A stretch of DNA of 64,000 nucleotides from a virus (lineage: Duplodnaviria > Caudoviricetes). The stretch covers positions 13,615 through 77,614 of IMG/VR virus record IMGVR_UViG_3300025735_000009, one strand, 5' to 3'. Below the pieces are notes generated by a model. The model had not been told where the DNA came from. It made no database searches and was given only the letters and a program-made list of their open reading frames with translations. This document shows positions 26,511 to 35,514 of the stretch, piece by piece. How positions within the stretch are numbered: position 1 is the stretch's first letter; each line of letters opens with the position of its first letter. Made by a program: the position numbers and the translations under genes.

Positions 26511-27018
26511 GCGTGGTCGCCTGGATGGCCTGGGCCACGGTGGTCGGTACCGCCGACTCTTCAGCGCCGATCGCGGTACCGCCTACTGCAGGGCCGGTGG
26601 AAGCGGTGGTGGTGGCATCAGTTGCAGGGGTGGCGGGCTCGACGGCCGGGGTGCCGGCGCGCAAGGCCTGGATCACGTCGGCCTGCTCCTGGGTCAAGCG
26701 ACCTTCGGTTACCGCCTTGGCGATCGCGGCGTCGATGACCTCGGCGGCCTTCTCCTGGGTGGCCACCGCCAGCTGCGCGTCCAAGGTGGTGTCGCCATTG
26801 ACGACGTCACACAGCCCGGTGTTGTACACCTTGCCGGCGACCACCAGCTGCGCCACCGCGCGCTGGGCCGGGCTCATCTTGCAGTAGGTGCCCACCGCGC
26901 TCGAGGCGTCGGCGTAGACGGCACCGCCGACGGTAGACACGACATTGCCAACGGTGGAACAGGCGGCCACACCGGCCAGGGCCAGGGCCAGAACGGCGCC
27001 CATCAGAACTTTACGCAT
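26503..27018 (-). CDS. Lipoprotein in the lysis cassette
   Basis: GGAG RBS; MRKVLMGAVLALALAGVAAC lipobox; Ala/Thr/Pro-rich tail without a TM segment. Confidence 0.75.
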   Translation of the reverse strand: MRKVLMGAVLALALAGVAACSTVGNVVSTVGGAVYADASSAVGTYCKMSPAQRAVAQLVVAGKVYNTGLCDVVNGDTTLDAQLAVATQEKAAEVIDAAIAKAVTEGRLTQEQADVIQALRAGTPAVEPATPATDATTTASTGPAVGGTAIGAEESAVPTTVAQAIQATTRA

Positions 27019-27067
27019 AGGGTGAATCTCCATGTATTGCGGTTGGGTTGGGTAAATCAGGGGGAAT

Positions 27068-27649
27068 TCAGGCCGCGGCCGGCAGGTCGCGCAGGCAGTG
27101 CGCGCGCTCAGCCTCACGGCGTTTCTTGATGCCGGGCATCCACTTGGGGTTGAGCCACTGCATGATTTGCTCGCAGGCGCCGACGCGATCGCCGGCACGG
27201 AGCTTGCGCACCAGGGTGCTTGGAACGCCGCTGGACTTGAGCGCGAAAAGCCCGTCCTTGACGCCTTTGCCGCCAGGGCCAAGGTTGTCGTAGAAGCTGT
27301 TGTAGGCTTCCTGCTCGCCCAAGGTCAGGTCCTCGTAGGTGATCTGGCCGGCGGGCGTCTGGATGAGGCCGATACGGCGCTGCAGCACGGCCTGGTTGGC
27401 CTCCATCCGGGCCACCAGCGTTTCAGCACATTCCTCCAGCGTGCGCGCCGGCTGGCCGAACTTGACGCCTTGGGTCTGTCCCATGCACTGGGTAGGGATG
27501 CCCAGGCCGTCGTCGTAGACGTCCAGGCGCGTGCCCTCATAGCCCGCGGCGGAAATGGCCATGGTGATGATCACGGCCAGGGTTTTCTTGCGCTGGCCCA
27601 CGGCCTTGATCGCGCTGGTGACTTCAAGCGTTGTTGGAATCTTGGCCAT
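27068..27649 (-). CDS. GH24 (T4-type) endolysin, probable SAR type (P1 Lyz-like)
   Basis: E-x8-D-x5-T triad in YEGTRLDVYDDGLGIPT; hydrophobic TLAVIITMAISAAG just before the catalytic Glu; RR..ER..C C-terminus. Confidence 0.85.
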   Translation of the reverse strand: MAKIPTTLEVTSAIKAVGQRKKTLAVIITMAISAAGYEGTRLDVYDDGLGIPTQCMGQTQGVKFGQPARTLEECAETLVARMEANQAVLQRRIGLIQTPAGQITYEDLTLGEQEAYNSFYDNLGPGGKGVKDGLFALKSSGVPSTLVRKLRAGDRVGACEQIMQWLNPKWMPGIKKRREAERAHCLRDLPAAA

Positions 27650-27881
27650 CTTCGGCACTCCCAGTGGTTTTACTCAGGAAATGGATGGCCACGTTCAAGG
27701 ACTTGAGCACGGTGGAAACAGCCGCGTAGACGGCCGGATCGACCAGGCCCTGGCCATCCAGGCAGGCCCAAGCGATCACCACGCCATCGAGGACGATGCC
27801 GGCAGCGATCAGGGCGGTATTGAACGGCTTGGCGCCGCGGGCGCAGCGCTTGACGGCGCCCCCTTGGGCTTTAGCGGCCAC
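27624..27881 (-). CDS. Putative holin (2 TM)
   Basis: GTG start with AGAGG RBS; two hydrophobic segments; directly upstream of the endolysin. Confidence 0.6.
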   Translation of the reverse strand: MAAKAQGGAVKRCARGAKPFNTALIAAGIVLDGVVIAWACLDGQGLVDPAVYAAVSTVLKSLNVAIHFLSKTTGSAEDGQDSNNA

Positions 27882-28176
27882 GGGCGTCCACCTCTTTGCG
27901 CAGCTGCTTGAGCTCGAAACCCTGCTCGAGCACGGTGGTCTGCAAGGCGGAGACTTCTTTGCCGGTAGTGTCTTGGGCGCCCTTGATTTGCGTGACGTCG
28001 CGCTGCACCAGGGCGATGTCCCGACTGAACCCATTGATTGAGGTTTGGATGCCGTCCAGCTTGTTGACGACGGAGGTACACAGGCCGATCAGCAGGGCGC
28101 CGGCCAGGGTCTGCCCCAGCTTTAAGATCCCTTTGACGACGGGCAAGTCCATCAAACGCTGCGTGTCAGCGGCCAT
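27871..28176 (-). CDS. Putative holin/antiholin (1 TM + coiled coil)
   Basis: LAGALLIGLCTSVV TM followed by a heptad region; first gene of the lysis operon. Confidence 0.55.
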   Translation of the reverse strand: MAADTQRLMDLPVVKGILKLGQTLAGALLIGLCTSVVNKLDGIQTSINGFSRDIALVQRDVTQIKGAQDTTGKEVSALQTTVLEQGFELKQLRKEVDARGR

Positions 28177-28210
28177 TTTTGTGCTCTCAGAAATCCGTGT
28201 TGATGCACGT

Positions 28211-28252
28211 ATTCTGTTCGCGTAAATGGCCGCTTCTCGGGCGGGGTTTGCG
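28211..28252 (-). promoter_or_regulatory. Late promoter 1 (CGCAAACC-N28-CAGAAT)
   Basis: Box 28245-28252, -10 28211-28216, upstream of the lysis operon. Confidence 0.7.
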
Positions 28253-28257
28253 CCGAT

Positions 28258-28476
28258 TTACGGCCGCTTGGCCATGATCTCGGCGATGTTGGAGAGCCCC
28301 TTGATCATCGAGTCGAGGCGGTTGATCTGCGCCATCACCACCTTTGCTTCGTTCTCGCGGTTTTTCTTCCAGTTCTCGAAGGGTTTGCTCGCAAACAGCT
28401 TCTTGATTCGCTCGTCAGTCAGCTTGCCGCACTGGATGAGGTCCTGGCCGAAGTACAGCGCCAGGTCGGCGCGCAC
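28258..28476 (-). CDS. Small tail morphogenesis protein (candidate tail assembly chaperone)
   Basis: 72 aa from GTG; frame stays open about 24 codons further upstream. Confidence 0.6.
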   Translation of the reverse strand: MRADLALYFGQDLIQCGKLTDERIKKLFASKPFENWKKNRENEAKVVMAQINRLDSMIKGLSNIAEIMAKRP

Positions 28477-28480
28477 CGCG

Positions 28481-29254
28481 TTATAGGATTCCCATAATTT
28501 GACGCGCTCGCTCGGTGATGCAGGAATGGGGAGGAAACCGGGCCGGTGCTAACTCTGGCACCCCCTTTTCGGCATCGGGCTGACTGACCTGGCGGGCTAC
28601 AACGCCGTGCAGGTTGGTCACCGCATACACCAGGTGCGCGGCCTGCTGCTCGCACTGACGGAAGTAGTCGAACAGGGCCACAAATTGGTTATCCGCCAGC
28701 TTGCGCACCTGGTGGATGCGCTCGAGCAGCGCCGCTTCGTACTGGGCGTCATCGATGTAGGGCGTTGGCTCTTCATCGGCGCCGCGCAGGCAGGCGGCCA
28801 TGCTGGCGGCCCACCAGCTGTAATTGGTCTTTTTGAAGGTGCCGCCTTCAATCAGGGTTTCGATGATCTCGGCCTGGTAGCCCAGCATGGGGCTGTAGAT
28901 CATTTCCCGGCCTTCAAACACAAAGCCGACATTGGCCACTGCCGCCGTGAAATCGGTATTGCCCAGCAAGTAGTCGTGAAAATGGCCCTTGCCGATCGGG
29001 AAGTCGGGGCCGTCTTCGCGCGTCGAGCTCATGTAATAGGCGGCCACGTAAGTCCGCTCATTGATCGACCACATGCGCGGATCACTCACGACACCCGGGC
29101 GATCGATAGAGCGGCAGACGTGCTGCAGGAGCGCCGTGTAAGTGCGCTGCTCGAACACCGCCGGAATCTCGCAGAGCGCTTCGATCTGATCCATGTTGAG
29201 GACGGACATTTCGACCGAAATACGCGCCGTATTCAGTGGGTTGATGTACTTCAT
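28481..29254 (-). CDS. P1-like tail morphogenesis protein (candidate tail assembly chaperone)
   Basis: 257 aa, coupled to the upstream tail gene. Confidence 0.6.
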   Translation of the reverse strand: MKYINPLNTARISVEMSVLNMDQIEALCEIPAVFEQRTYTALLQHVCRSIDRPGVVSDPRMWSINERTYVAAYYMSSTREDGPDFPIGKGHFHDYLLGNTDFTAAVANVGFVFEGREMIYSPMLGYQAEIIETLIEGGTFKKTNYSWWAASMAACLRGADEEPTPYIDDAQYEAALLERIHQVRKLADNQFVALFDYFRQCEQQAAHLVYAVTNLHGVVARQVSQPDAEKGVPELAPARFPPHSCITERARQIMGIL

Positions 29255-29949
29255 AGCACCCCGAAGTAGTCGTATTGAGTGAACGTCAGGTTGATGGTGG
29301 CGAACTCATCAGCTGAGCGGGCCTGGTTGGTTTCGCACGACACCGGCACCATCGGCCAGGAGGCCGAATAGCCGTAGTTTTCGCGAATAGCGCCATGGGT
29401 GACGGTGATTTGGTTGGCGTACTGGGACGGCAAGCCGAATGTGCCATCCGGCGATGCCACGGCCTGGCGCAGCTGGTCAAACCACAGCTTGATTTCACCG
29501 TCTACGTCGTAGCAGGTCAGGCGCAGCTCTACCGGATCGACCCCGGTGGGCGACTGGGTGAAGCCGGAGCCGAGCTTGCCCGGCTCCCACCCCAGCTGGG
29601 TACCGTTGTAAGAGCACTCAATGGCCAGCAGGTTGACCCGGGGCGCGGCAATCTTGCCGATCGGCGCCACCGCCACATGGAACAGGTTCGAGCGCTCACG
29701 ATCGACGCCTATGGCCTCGTCAAAAATCCGCTCGTACTCGGCCCAAGACACACCGCCAAGCAGGAGGTTGTCATTTTTGCCGGACCGACTGAGATAGTTG
29801 TCGAGCAGCTTGTTACTGGCGCCCGCCACGTTGCCGTTGAGCAAATCCCGGGCAGCGCCGGTGTATTTGAGCACCTTGCTGCTCACGCCAACTTTGGGGG
29901 TGATTGCCGCGGCTGCCTGGTACGCCAGGCGCTCAAAGATACTGGCCAT
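29251..29949 (-). CDS. Tail tube/hub-like protein (P1 Tub-like)
   Basis: TAATG coupling; tube-fold pattern (ELRLTCYDVDGEIKLWF...ITV...PVSCE...INLTFTQ). Confidence 0.6.
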   Translation of the reverse strand: MASIFERLAYQAAAAITPKVGVSSKVLKYTGAARDLLNGNVAGASNKLLDNYLSRSGKNDNLLLGGVSWAEYERIFDEAIGVDRERSNLFHVAVAPIGKIAAPRVNLLAIECSYNGTQLGWEPGKLGSGFTQSPTGVDPVELRLTCYDVDGEIKLWFDQLRQAVASPDGTFGLPSQYANQITVTHGAIRENYGYSASWPMVPVSCETNQARSADEFATINLTFTQYDYFGVL

Positions 29950-30353
29950 TAGATCGAAAACACCTCGTATCCGAAGCACAGCTGGGGCAGGCGCGTTTCG
30001 TAGGTGTCGATCGCCACCTGCACTTCAGCCACCTGGCGGCCGAACACCTCTGCGCCCATGCTGCGCGATGCCTCGAAGGCGGTACCGTTCTCGCGCTCCA
30101 TGTACAGGTGCCAGAGCGGCTCAATGATTCCGACCTCACTGGTGGTCAAATCGAAGTCCTGGGCCCCCTCGGCTGTCGCTGAGGCGTCGATATCGATGTA
30201 ATCGCCATTGGCATCCAGCGCCAGCTTGAGGCGCTTGTACGCGCAGTATTTGCGCACTGCAGCGCGCAAGCTCCGGGTGATCTGCTCGTCAGTGAGCGCG
30301 CAGCCAATCGGCAGCACGGCCAGAAAGCTGGCTACTAATTGGCTGATCTTCAT
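29949..30353 (-). CDS. Head-tail adaptor-like protein (P1 PmgC-like)
   Basis: 134 aa; I.PL..LY.ERE....EASR..G.E.FGR motif; position in the tail operon. Confidence 0.55.
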   Translation of the reverse strand: MKISQLVASFLAVLPIGCALTDEQITRSLRAAVRKYCAYKRLKLALDANGDYIDIDASATAEGAQDFDLTTSEVGIIEPLWHLYMERENGTAFEASRSMGAEVFGRQVAEVQVAIDTYETRLPQLCFGYEVFSI

Positions 30354-30355
30354 GG

Positions 30356-30829
30356 TTACTGGTTCGCGAACCAGTGGAAGTGCAGCGTGCCCTGGAACAG
30401 CAGGGTTTGCGCGTCGTTCTCCCAGTCGCGATCAGGGGTATCCATGACCATCACCAGGTTTTTGAGGCTCTCTTTGCGCAGGTAGTCGTCTGGGCGGCCC
30501 TCGTACACAGTTGCATTGAGGTAGCTGCCGTTGGCGATCAGCGCCTTGAGCATCTCGCTCGCCTGGCCCTTGACGGTTTCGTACAGCGCCACCGGGCCTT
30601 CCTGCTTGGTCTTGACCTGCTTGGGCTGCACCATCAGCTGGCCGTTGGGGCCGTAGGTTTCAATAACATCGCCCACGGTGGCCACCGGCCAGGGGAACTG
30701 CTTTACCAGCAGTGGCATGTTGGGGAATTCATCGAAGACGATCTGGGCATCAGATTGAACAATCTTTCGCCCCAGGTCGTTGGTGTTTTGGAACGTGCGG
30801 CTCAATACCGCCATGGCGTCAACAGACAT
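30356..30829 (-). CDS. Tail tube-type protein (P1 BplB-like)
   Basis: LLVKQFPWP...GP.G....Q...KT..EG...YET; ATG 30829 with GAGG RBS; follows pmgG-like gene as in P1. Confidence 0.65.
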   Translation of the reverse strand: MSVDAMAVLSRTFQNTNDLGRKIVQSDAQIVFDEFPNMPLLVKQFPWPVATVGDVIETYGPNGQLMVQPKQVKTKQEGPVALYETVKGQASEMLKALIANGSYLNATVYEGRPDDYLRKESLKNLVMVMDTPDRDWENDAQTLLFQGTLHFHWFANQ

Positions 30830-30864
30830 ACTCAAACCCTCGGATGCGTGAACAAACAAGGGTC

Positions 30865-30906
30865 ATCGTCACACGCAGAAAACCCCCTATTTTCGGGGGG
30901 TTTGCG
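30865..30906 (-). promoter_or_regulatory. Late promoter 2 (CGCAAACC-N28-GACGAT), overlapping a terminator-like hairpin
   Basis: Box 30899-30906, -10 30865-30870. Confidence 0.7.
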
Positions 30907-30908
30907 CG

Positions 30909-32078
30909 TTATTGGCGGGCGAAGAACTTGCGAATATCGGGGCGGTCGAGCGCGGTGAGCGTCGACATATTGACCTGCACTGTCAGGTCGATGTAGTTGC
31001 CCTGATCATCGCGCGGGGCGTCGAGCGGGTATTCAATACTCTCGATCACCGACGGCGGGTAGGTGCGGCCGCCGTGGGTCAGGCCCAGCAGCTTGGGCGC
31101 CTTGGATGGGAACAGTGCTTTGATAAACGAGTCGACGTCCTTGGTGGTTTGCAGCACCTCGGACAGAATTCCGTCCTCGGCCAGCTCCTGGGGGAATACC
31201 CACTCCAGCAGGCGCGCCAGCGGTGCTTCCACTTCCGTCATCGCGTTGGTGACAGCTCGGAAGCGAATGCCGAATGTGAACTTGACCGGCGGCATGCCGG
31301 CGAACACCTGGCGGCTGTTGAGCTTGGTGACGCCCGTGCGCCCCTGCAGGTCGATCATCACCGCCTTGAGCTTGTCGGAGCTCGCATCAAGGGAATCGGC
31401 GACTGCGCCCTCTTTGAATGGGCTGATTGCCTGCAGGGCGTTGATCACGGGCACCAGCCCGCCGGTCTGCAGCAGGCCGGTCAGGGTGGGGGCCTTCGTT
31501 TCAGGCCCGGAATTCTCGAACGGCGATTGCCAGTTCTGGGTGATGCTGATGCTACCGCCTTCAACAAGGGGGCCGTAGACACCGGCAAACTCTACGATAT
31601 CGGCGACCCCTTTGGAGTCGCAAACAAAGATTCGCGCCAGCAGGAATGGGGACATCGAGCCCCAGTCACTGCCAAGGTCATTGTTGAGCCCGGTAAGGCC
31701 AAGCACAGACGAGCCCAGCGGACCCGAAATGACGCCTTTGAGCCCGTCCCCTGTCACCAGGGTGGACAGCTTGCCTTTGACCTCACCATAGACCTGGGAA
31801 ACCGAAGTCTTGCCGGTGAATAGGTCACTGACAGTGCCGGTGACCTTGGTGGCGGCGCCGGTGATGGCGTCCAGGTTGGCTTTACCGCCCACCAGGTCGC
31901 CAAGGGTGTCGGTAGCGGACTTGGTGACCCCGGTTACGATAGTGCCGCCAACGGTCCCTGTGACGTCAGCGACTGACCCTAGCAGGCTGTTGGGGCGGTT
32001 ACTGGCAATGGTCGGGGTGACGCCCTGAATGGACGCCCCCACGGTTTTGCCCAACGAGTCATAGCTAAAGTCAGCCAC
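30909..32078 (-). CDS. Tube-initiator/baseplate protein (P1 PmgG-like) with Gly/Thr/Val-rich N-extension
   Basis: C-terminal WQSPFEN...SRQVF.GMPP..F...FRA...EV..PL..L..W..P; synteny after the gp21-like gene. Confidence 0.6.
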   Translation of the reverse strand: MADFSYDSLGKTVGASIQGVTPTIASNRPNSLLGSVADVTGTVGGTIVTGVTKSATDTLGDLVGGKANLDAITGAATKVTGTVSDLFTGKTSVSQVYGEVKGKLSTLVTGDGLKGVISGPLGSSVLGLTGLNNDLGSDWGSMSPFLLARIFVCDSKGVADIVEFAGVYGPLVEGGSISITQNWQSPFENSGPETKAPTLTGLLQTGGLVPVINALQAISPFKEGAVADSLDASSDKLKAVMIDLQGRTGVTKLNSRQVFAGMPPVKFTFGIRFRAVTNAMTEVEAPLARLLEWVFPQELAEDGILSEVLQTTKDVDSFIKALFPSKAPKLLGLTHGGRTYPPSVIESIEYPLDAPRDDQGNYIDLTVQVNMSTLTALDRPDIRKFFARQ

Positions 32079-32082
32079 AGGC

Positions 32083-32823
32083 TTACTTACCGATCATCTT
32101 CATGCGGATGCGCATGGACTTGGCGCGCTTGCGCTTGGCGGTACCGGAGAAGGCTTTGCGCTGCATCTTGCGCACGGCCGCCTTCTGGCCAGCGGTCAAG
32201 CGCACAGTGCCGCCAATACGCTTGTTGATACGCACCTTTTTGCCTGCCCGGATAGCCACCACCTTGCGATAGGTGGCATCCATCAGCGAATCGTCTTCGC
32301 CGTGGATAAACTTGTCGGTGGCGTCCAGCATGGCTTCCTCGCCTTGCGGCATCTTGTCCAGCAAGGCGTCATGCACACGAGCAGCGACCTCGTTGTCGAA
32401 GTTGTCCAGGAGAGAATCGATATCGCCAGCATCGATACCGCGGTCCTCCAGGAAGTCGCCGACCAACTCGGCGATATCGGCGGCATAATCCGCTTCGTCG
32501 TCGGTGATTTCCTGGTCGCCGTCGGTGGCGGTACCGATAACCAGGGCATACAGGCGATCGCCGAAGCCTTCACCCTTGTCGAGTTCTTCGGTTTCCGCCC
32601 ACTCGCCCACCACAGCTGCAGCCTCGACGCGCATTTCATCGGTCATTACCGACTTGACGTCATCCATCAGGTGTTCGCCGTCACCGCTGCCATTACCGTT
32701 GCCGTTGGCGTTGTCCATCATCCCGTCTTTGTTCGGGATTACCTCGGGCTGCGCCGGCGGCGCCGCGAAAGCGGCGGCCAGCTGGGCTTTGGCGCCCAAA
32801 ATTCCAGTCAGATAGTTGTCCAT
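32083..32823 (-). CDS. P1 gp21-like acidic virion protein
   Basis: Acidic body, basic C-terminus (KVVAIRAGKK...RLTAGQKAA.RK..RKA...AK.KR.KSMR); between sheath and pmgG-like genes. Confidence 0.65.
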   Translation of the reverse strand: MDNYLTGILGAKAQLAAAFAAPPAQPEVIPNKDGMMDNANGNGNGSGDGEHLMDDVKSVMTDEMRVEAAAVVGEWAETEELDKGEGFGDRLYALVIGTATDGDQEITDDEADYAADIAELVGDFLEDRGIDAGDIDSLLDNFDNEVAARVHDALLDKMPQGEEAMLDATDKFIHGEDDSLMDATYRKVVAIRAGKKVRINKRIGGTVRLTAGQKAAVRKMQRKAFSGTAKRKRAKSMRIRMKMIGK

Positions 32824-32832
32824 GAATCCCCC

Positions 32833-34464
32833 TTACGCCTTGACCAGGTTCTGCTGCACTACGGTCACGCGGTTGGTACCGTCGTAGCAGATCGAATAAT
32901 CAATGTTCATCTTCTCGAATGGTTGAGCCGCATTCGCCTGCACGGTGGCGGAATAGCAAGCGCCGTCGAGCTCAGCACTTGGCTGCAGCCAGCCAGCCGA
33001 CTGCAGGGCCGCAAAGAACGTCTCCAGGAACTTGGTGGTTTCGGTGATCGCCTCGGCCATTGGCTTCTGCAGGAAGCCCTGCGCTGCCGCCGCAACGGTG
33101 TCGTCAACGTAGGTAGCCATTTCAGCCACCGCAATCAGCTTGCTGGCGCCTTCGGTTTGCGCACCGGTCAGCGAGTCAACCCAGGCGTATTTACCGCCAG
33201 AGGTGTAGTCGCGGAAGATCACCGGGTTAATGCGCGACTCCGCCAGCACTTCCAGGTCGATATCCTCATCGAGGTCGAATACCTGGGTAATGTTGGTGCG
33301 GGTCACTGCATAGTCATCACCAGCAATCGGACGGTTACGCGGCGCAATGCCCTTGGCGTTGGTCTGGGCGTTACGCTTGCAGCGCAGGCCAGCCTGCATG
33401 CCAGAGGTACCGAAAATCGCCTTGCCGCCTACCACCGGGTTCTGCGCGCTCAGCGGGGCCCAATAGGCATGGCTGTACAGGCTGTCGGTGTCACCACCTA
33501 CGGAGGCATAGAAGGTCGCGGCCGCTTCCGGGCTCAGGCGTCCAGGGATATCCCACAGCACCTGGCGGTTGAGGGTTTTGCCCAGCGCCAGCAGGCGGGA
33601 AATCAGCGCAACGCTTTCGGTACCGCCACTGCACAGGTAGGTGAAGGTCGGGCGCGAACGCTTGATGCGGTCCAGGGCTGCGTCGAGCTCGTCGTTGGTA
33701 TAGACCGGCTCGCCTTCGGTGAAGTAGTCCAGTTTCTTGCTGGCCCACTGATCCTTGCTGTTGACGCGGCCGTAGAACGTGGCGGTAGTCGGCACTTTCG
33801 CGCCTTGCTTGACCTCTACCACCTCGAGCACGTCAGTGCTCTGCGCGATCACGTCGCCGATGTAGTAGCTTTGGTCGAACTCGTCCAGCGCCTGGATATC
33901 CAGCGAGCCTTTGTAAGGGCCCAGAATCACCTTGTTGTCGATCACGTCGCGCAGCTGGATGCTGACGATATTACTGGCAACCTTGACGCCTTCGGACTTC
34001 ACCTCATGCGCATGGATCTCGGCAATGACGCCGTCCGAGAAGCACTCCAGGTGCTTGAGGGCGATGAGGAAGTTACCGGTCGGTCCGGCTTCTTCGGTCA
34101 CGGTCGACCAGGTTTCGGACGCGCCTTCGCCTGGCACGGTGGCCACCAGTAGCTTGTTGACCGAGCCAGCGGCGATCAGGCGCGACACGATGGCCTGCAC
34201 GGTGCCGGCCTTGAGCGACTCGTAGATATGGACCGCCGGCTCGGCCAGCGCGCTTACAGCCAGCGAAACAGCCTGGCCCAGCGTGCGCTTGAAACGACCT
34301 TGGCTGACGGCGAACACCTTGTCGATACGGCCACGCGGGAAGCGGCCGGCGATCGCAATGTTATGCGCGACGGTGTCGGTGCTGGGCTGTTCGGACTGGT
34401 CGTTGATCTCATTGAGCTGAACGCCAGAGCGCTTGCCCACGGTACGGGAAAAGTTCTGGGTCAT
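32833..34464 (-). CDS. Tail sheath protein (P1 gp22-like)
   Basis: 543 aa from ATG 34464 (TAATG coupling); RSGVQLN.I.D N-terminus; sheath-type C-terminus. Confidence 0.8.
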   Translation of the reverse strand: MTQNFSRTVGKRSGVQLNEINDQSEQPSTDTVAHNIAIAGRFPRGRIDKVFAVSQGRFKRTLGQAVSLAVSALAEPAVHIYESLKAGTVQAIVSRLIAAGSVNKLLVATVPGEGASETWSTVTEEAGPTGNFLIALKHLECFSDGVIAEIHAHEVKSEGVKVASNIVSIQLRDVIDNKVILGPYKGSLDIQALDEFDQSYYIGDVIAQSTDVLEVVEVKQGAKVPTTATFYGRVNSKDQWASKKLDYFTEGEPVYTNDELDAALDRIKRSRPTFTYLCSGGTESVALISRLLALGKTLNRQVLWDIPGRLSPEAAATFYASVGGDTDSLYSHAYWAPLSAQNPVVGGKAIFGTSGMQAGLRCKRNAQTNAKGIAPRNRPIAGDDYAVTRTNITQVFDLDEDIDLEVLAESRINPVIFRDYTSGGKYAWVDSLTGAQTEGASKLIAVAEMATYVDDTVAAAAQGFLQKPMAEAITETTKFLETFFAALQSAGWLQPSAELDGACYSATVQANAAQPFEKMNIDYSICYDGTNRVTVVQQNLVKA

Positions 34465-34799
34465 TACTTGACCTCCTGGGCTGCAGCGGCGACTGCCTTG
34501 GGAGCCTTGGCGACTGCTGGAACGTCGAGCACCGCGTAATCTTCCTTGTCGTAGCCAGCGCACACGGCAAGCTCGCTCAGGTCGGTGACCAGGTGCCAGG
34601 CCTGCTGAAAGGTCTTCACCTTCACGTCGTAGGCCTTGTTCGGTTCCAGCACCGTATTGATGCCACTGGATGGCACCACGATCGGCAGGGTGTTTTTGTG
34701 GGTCAGCTGCACCGTGAAGGGGTAAGCCTGTCCTTCCACGATCTGGGAAACCAGCTTGCGCGGGGCCTTGCCAGAGTTGCGGTTAATTTTGAGGGTCAT
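34464..34799 (-). CDS. Small virion accessory protein
   Basis: 111 aa between capsid and sheath genes. Confidence 0.65.
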   Translation of the reverse strand: MTLKINRNSGKAPRKLVSQIVEGQAYPFTVQLTHKNTLPIVVPSSGINTVLEPNKAYDVKVKTFQQAWHLVTDLSELAVCAGYDKEDYAVLDVPAVAKAPKAVAAAAQEVK

Positions 34800-35505
34800 A
34801 TGCCACCTGTAGGCCTCGAACGTTGTCCCACTTGTCCAACTGCACAGAGCCGCGCAAGGACTTAGCGAGCTTGGAAAACTGCTGTTTGGTCACTTCCATC
34901 TGGATCGAACCGTCCACCGGGACGCCCTTGCCAAGGACCACGAAGCGGGATGCTGTGTGGTTGGTCAGGGTCAATGTGGCGGGAAACTTTCTGATCGCTG
35001 GAAGTGACCACGCACCCAAAATTACAGGGCTGGCGGGCTCGTTTTCGGCGGGGGTTTGCGCGGTTTCAAGCTCGCTGGCTTCATCCTGGTCGGTCGCGCG
35101 TTCGCCCGTTTGCGCGTTCGCGCTTTCGTGCGTTTGCGCGTTTACGGAATCGCCGGAAACGGTGCTTTCGTTGCTCTCGGTGGCATCGCCCGCTTCCGAA
35201 TCGTCGTCACCCAAGCTCTCACCTGCGTCGTCGTCAGAGCTCTCGCCCGCGCCGTCGTCCGCTGGATCAGTAGGCCCGCCATCGCCAGCAGCCCCATCGG
35301 TACCGGCATTGGGATCAGTTTCAGGATCACCGCCGGATTCCCCGCCCCCGTCGCCTGCGCTCGAGGTGGATTCACTTGCAGCACCAACGGCCGGCGCAGT
35401 GCCGGCCCCCTCGGTACCAGCAGACGACTGAATGTCGTCTGCCTGATCCGCTGCTGGTGCTGCCTTGTCAGCCGCGGCTTTCGCTTTGGTTGTCTTGGCA
35501 GCCAT
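34783..35505 (-). CDS. Acidic low-complexity virion accessory protein
   Basis: D/G/E/A-rich N-terminal two-thirds with a folded C-terminal domain. Confidence 0.65.
   Translation of the reverse strand: MAAKTTKAKAAADKAAPAADQADDIQSSAGTEGAGTAPAVGAASESTSSAGDGGGESGGDPETDPNAGTDGAAGDGGPTDPADDGAGESSDDDAGESLGDDDSEAGDATESNESTVSGDSVNAQTHESANAQTGERATDQDEASELETAQTPAENEPASPVILGAWSLPAIRKFPATLTLTNHTASRFVVLGKGVPVDGSIQMEVTKQQFSKLAKSLRGSVQLDKWDNVRGLQVAYDPQN
35019..35060 (-). promoter_or_regulatory. Internal late promoter 3 (CGCAAACC-N28-TAATTT)
   Basis: Box 35053-35060, -10 35019-35024; could feed the sheath operon. Confidence 0.5.
35095..35143. repeat. Motif B cluster 5 (intragenic)
   Basis: CGCGCGTTCGC 35095-35105, TGCGCGTTCGCGC 35111-35123, degenerate third copy. 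Confidence 0.6.
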
Positions 35506-35514
35506 AAAACCCCC

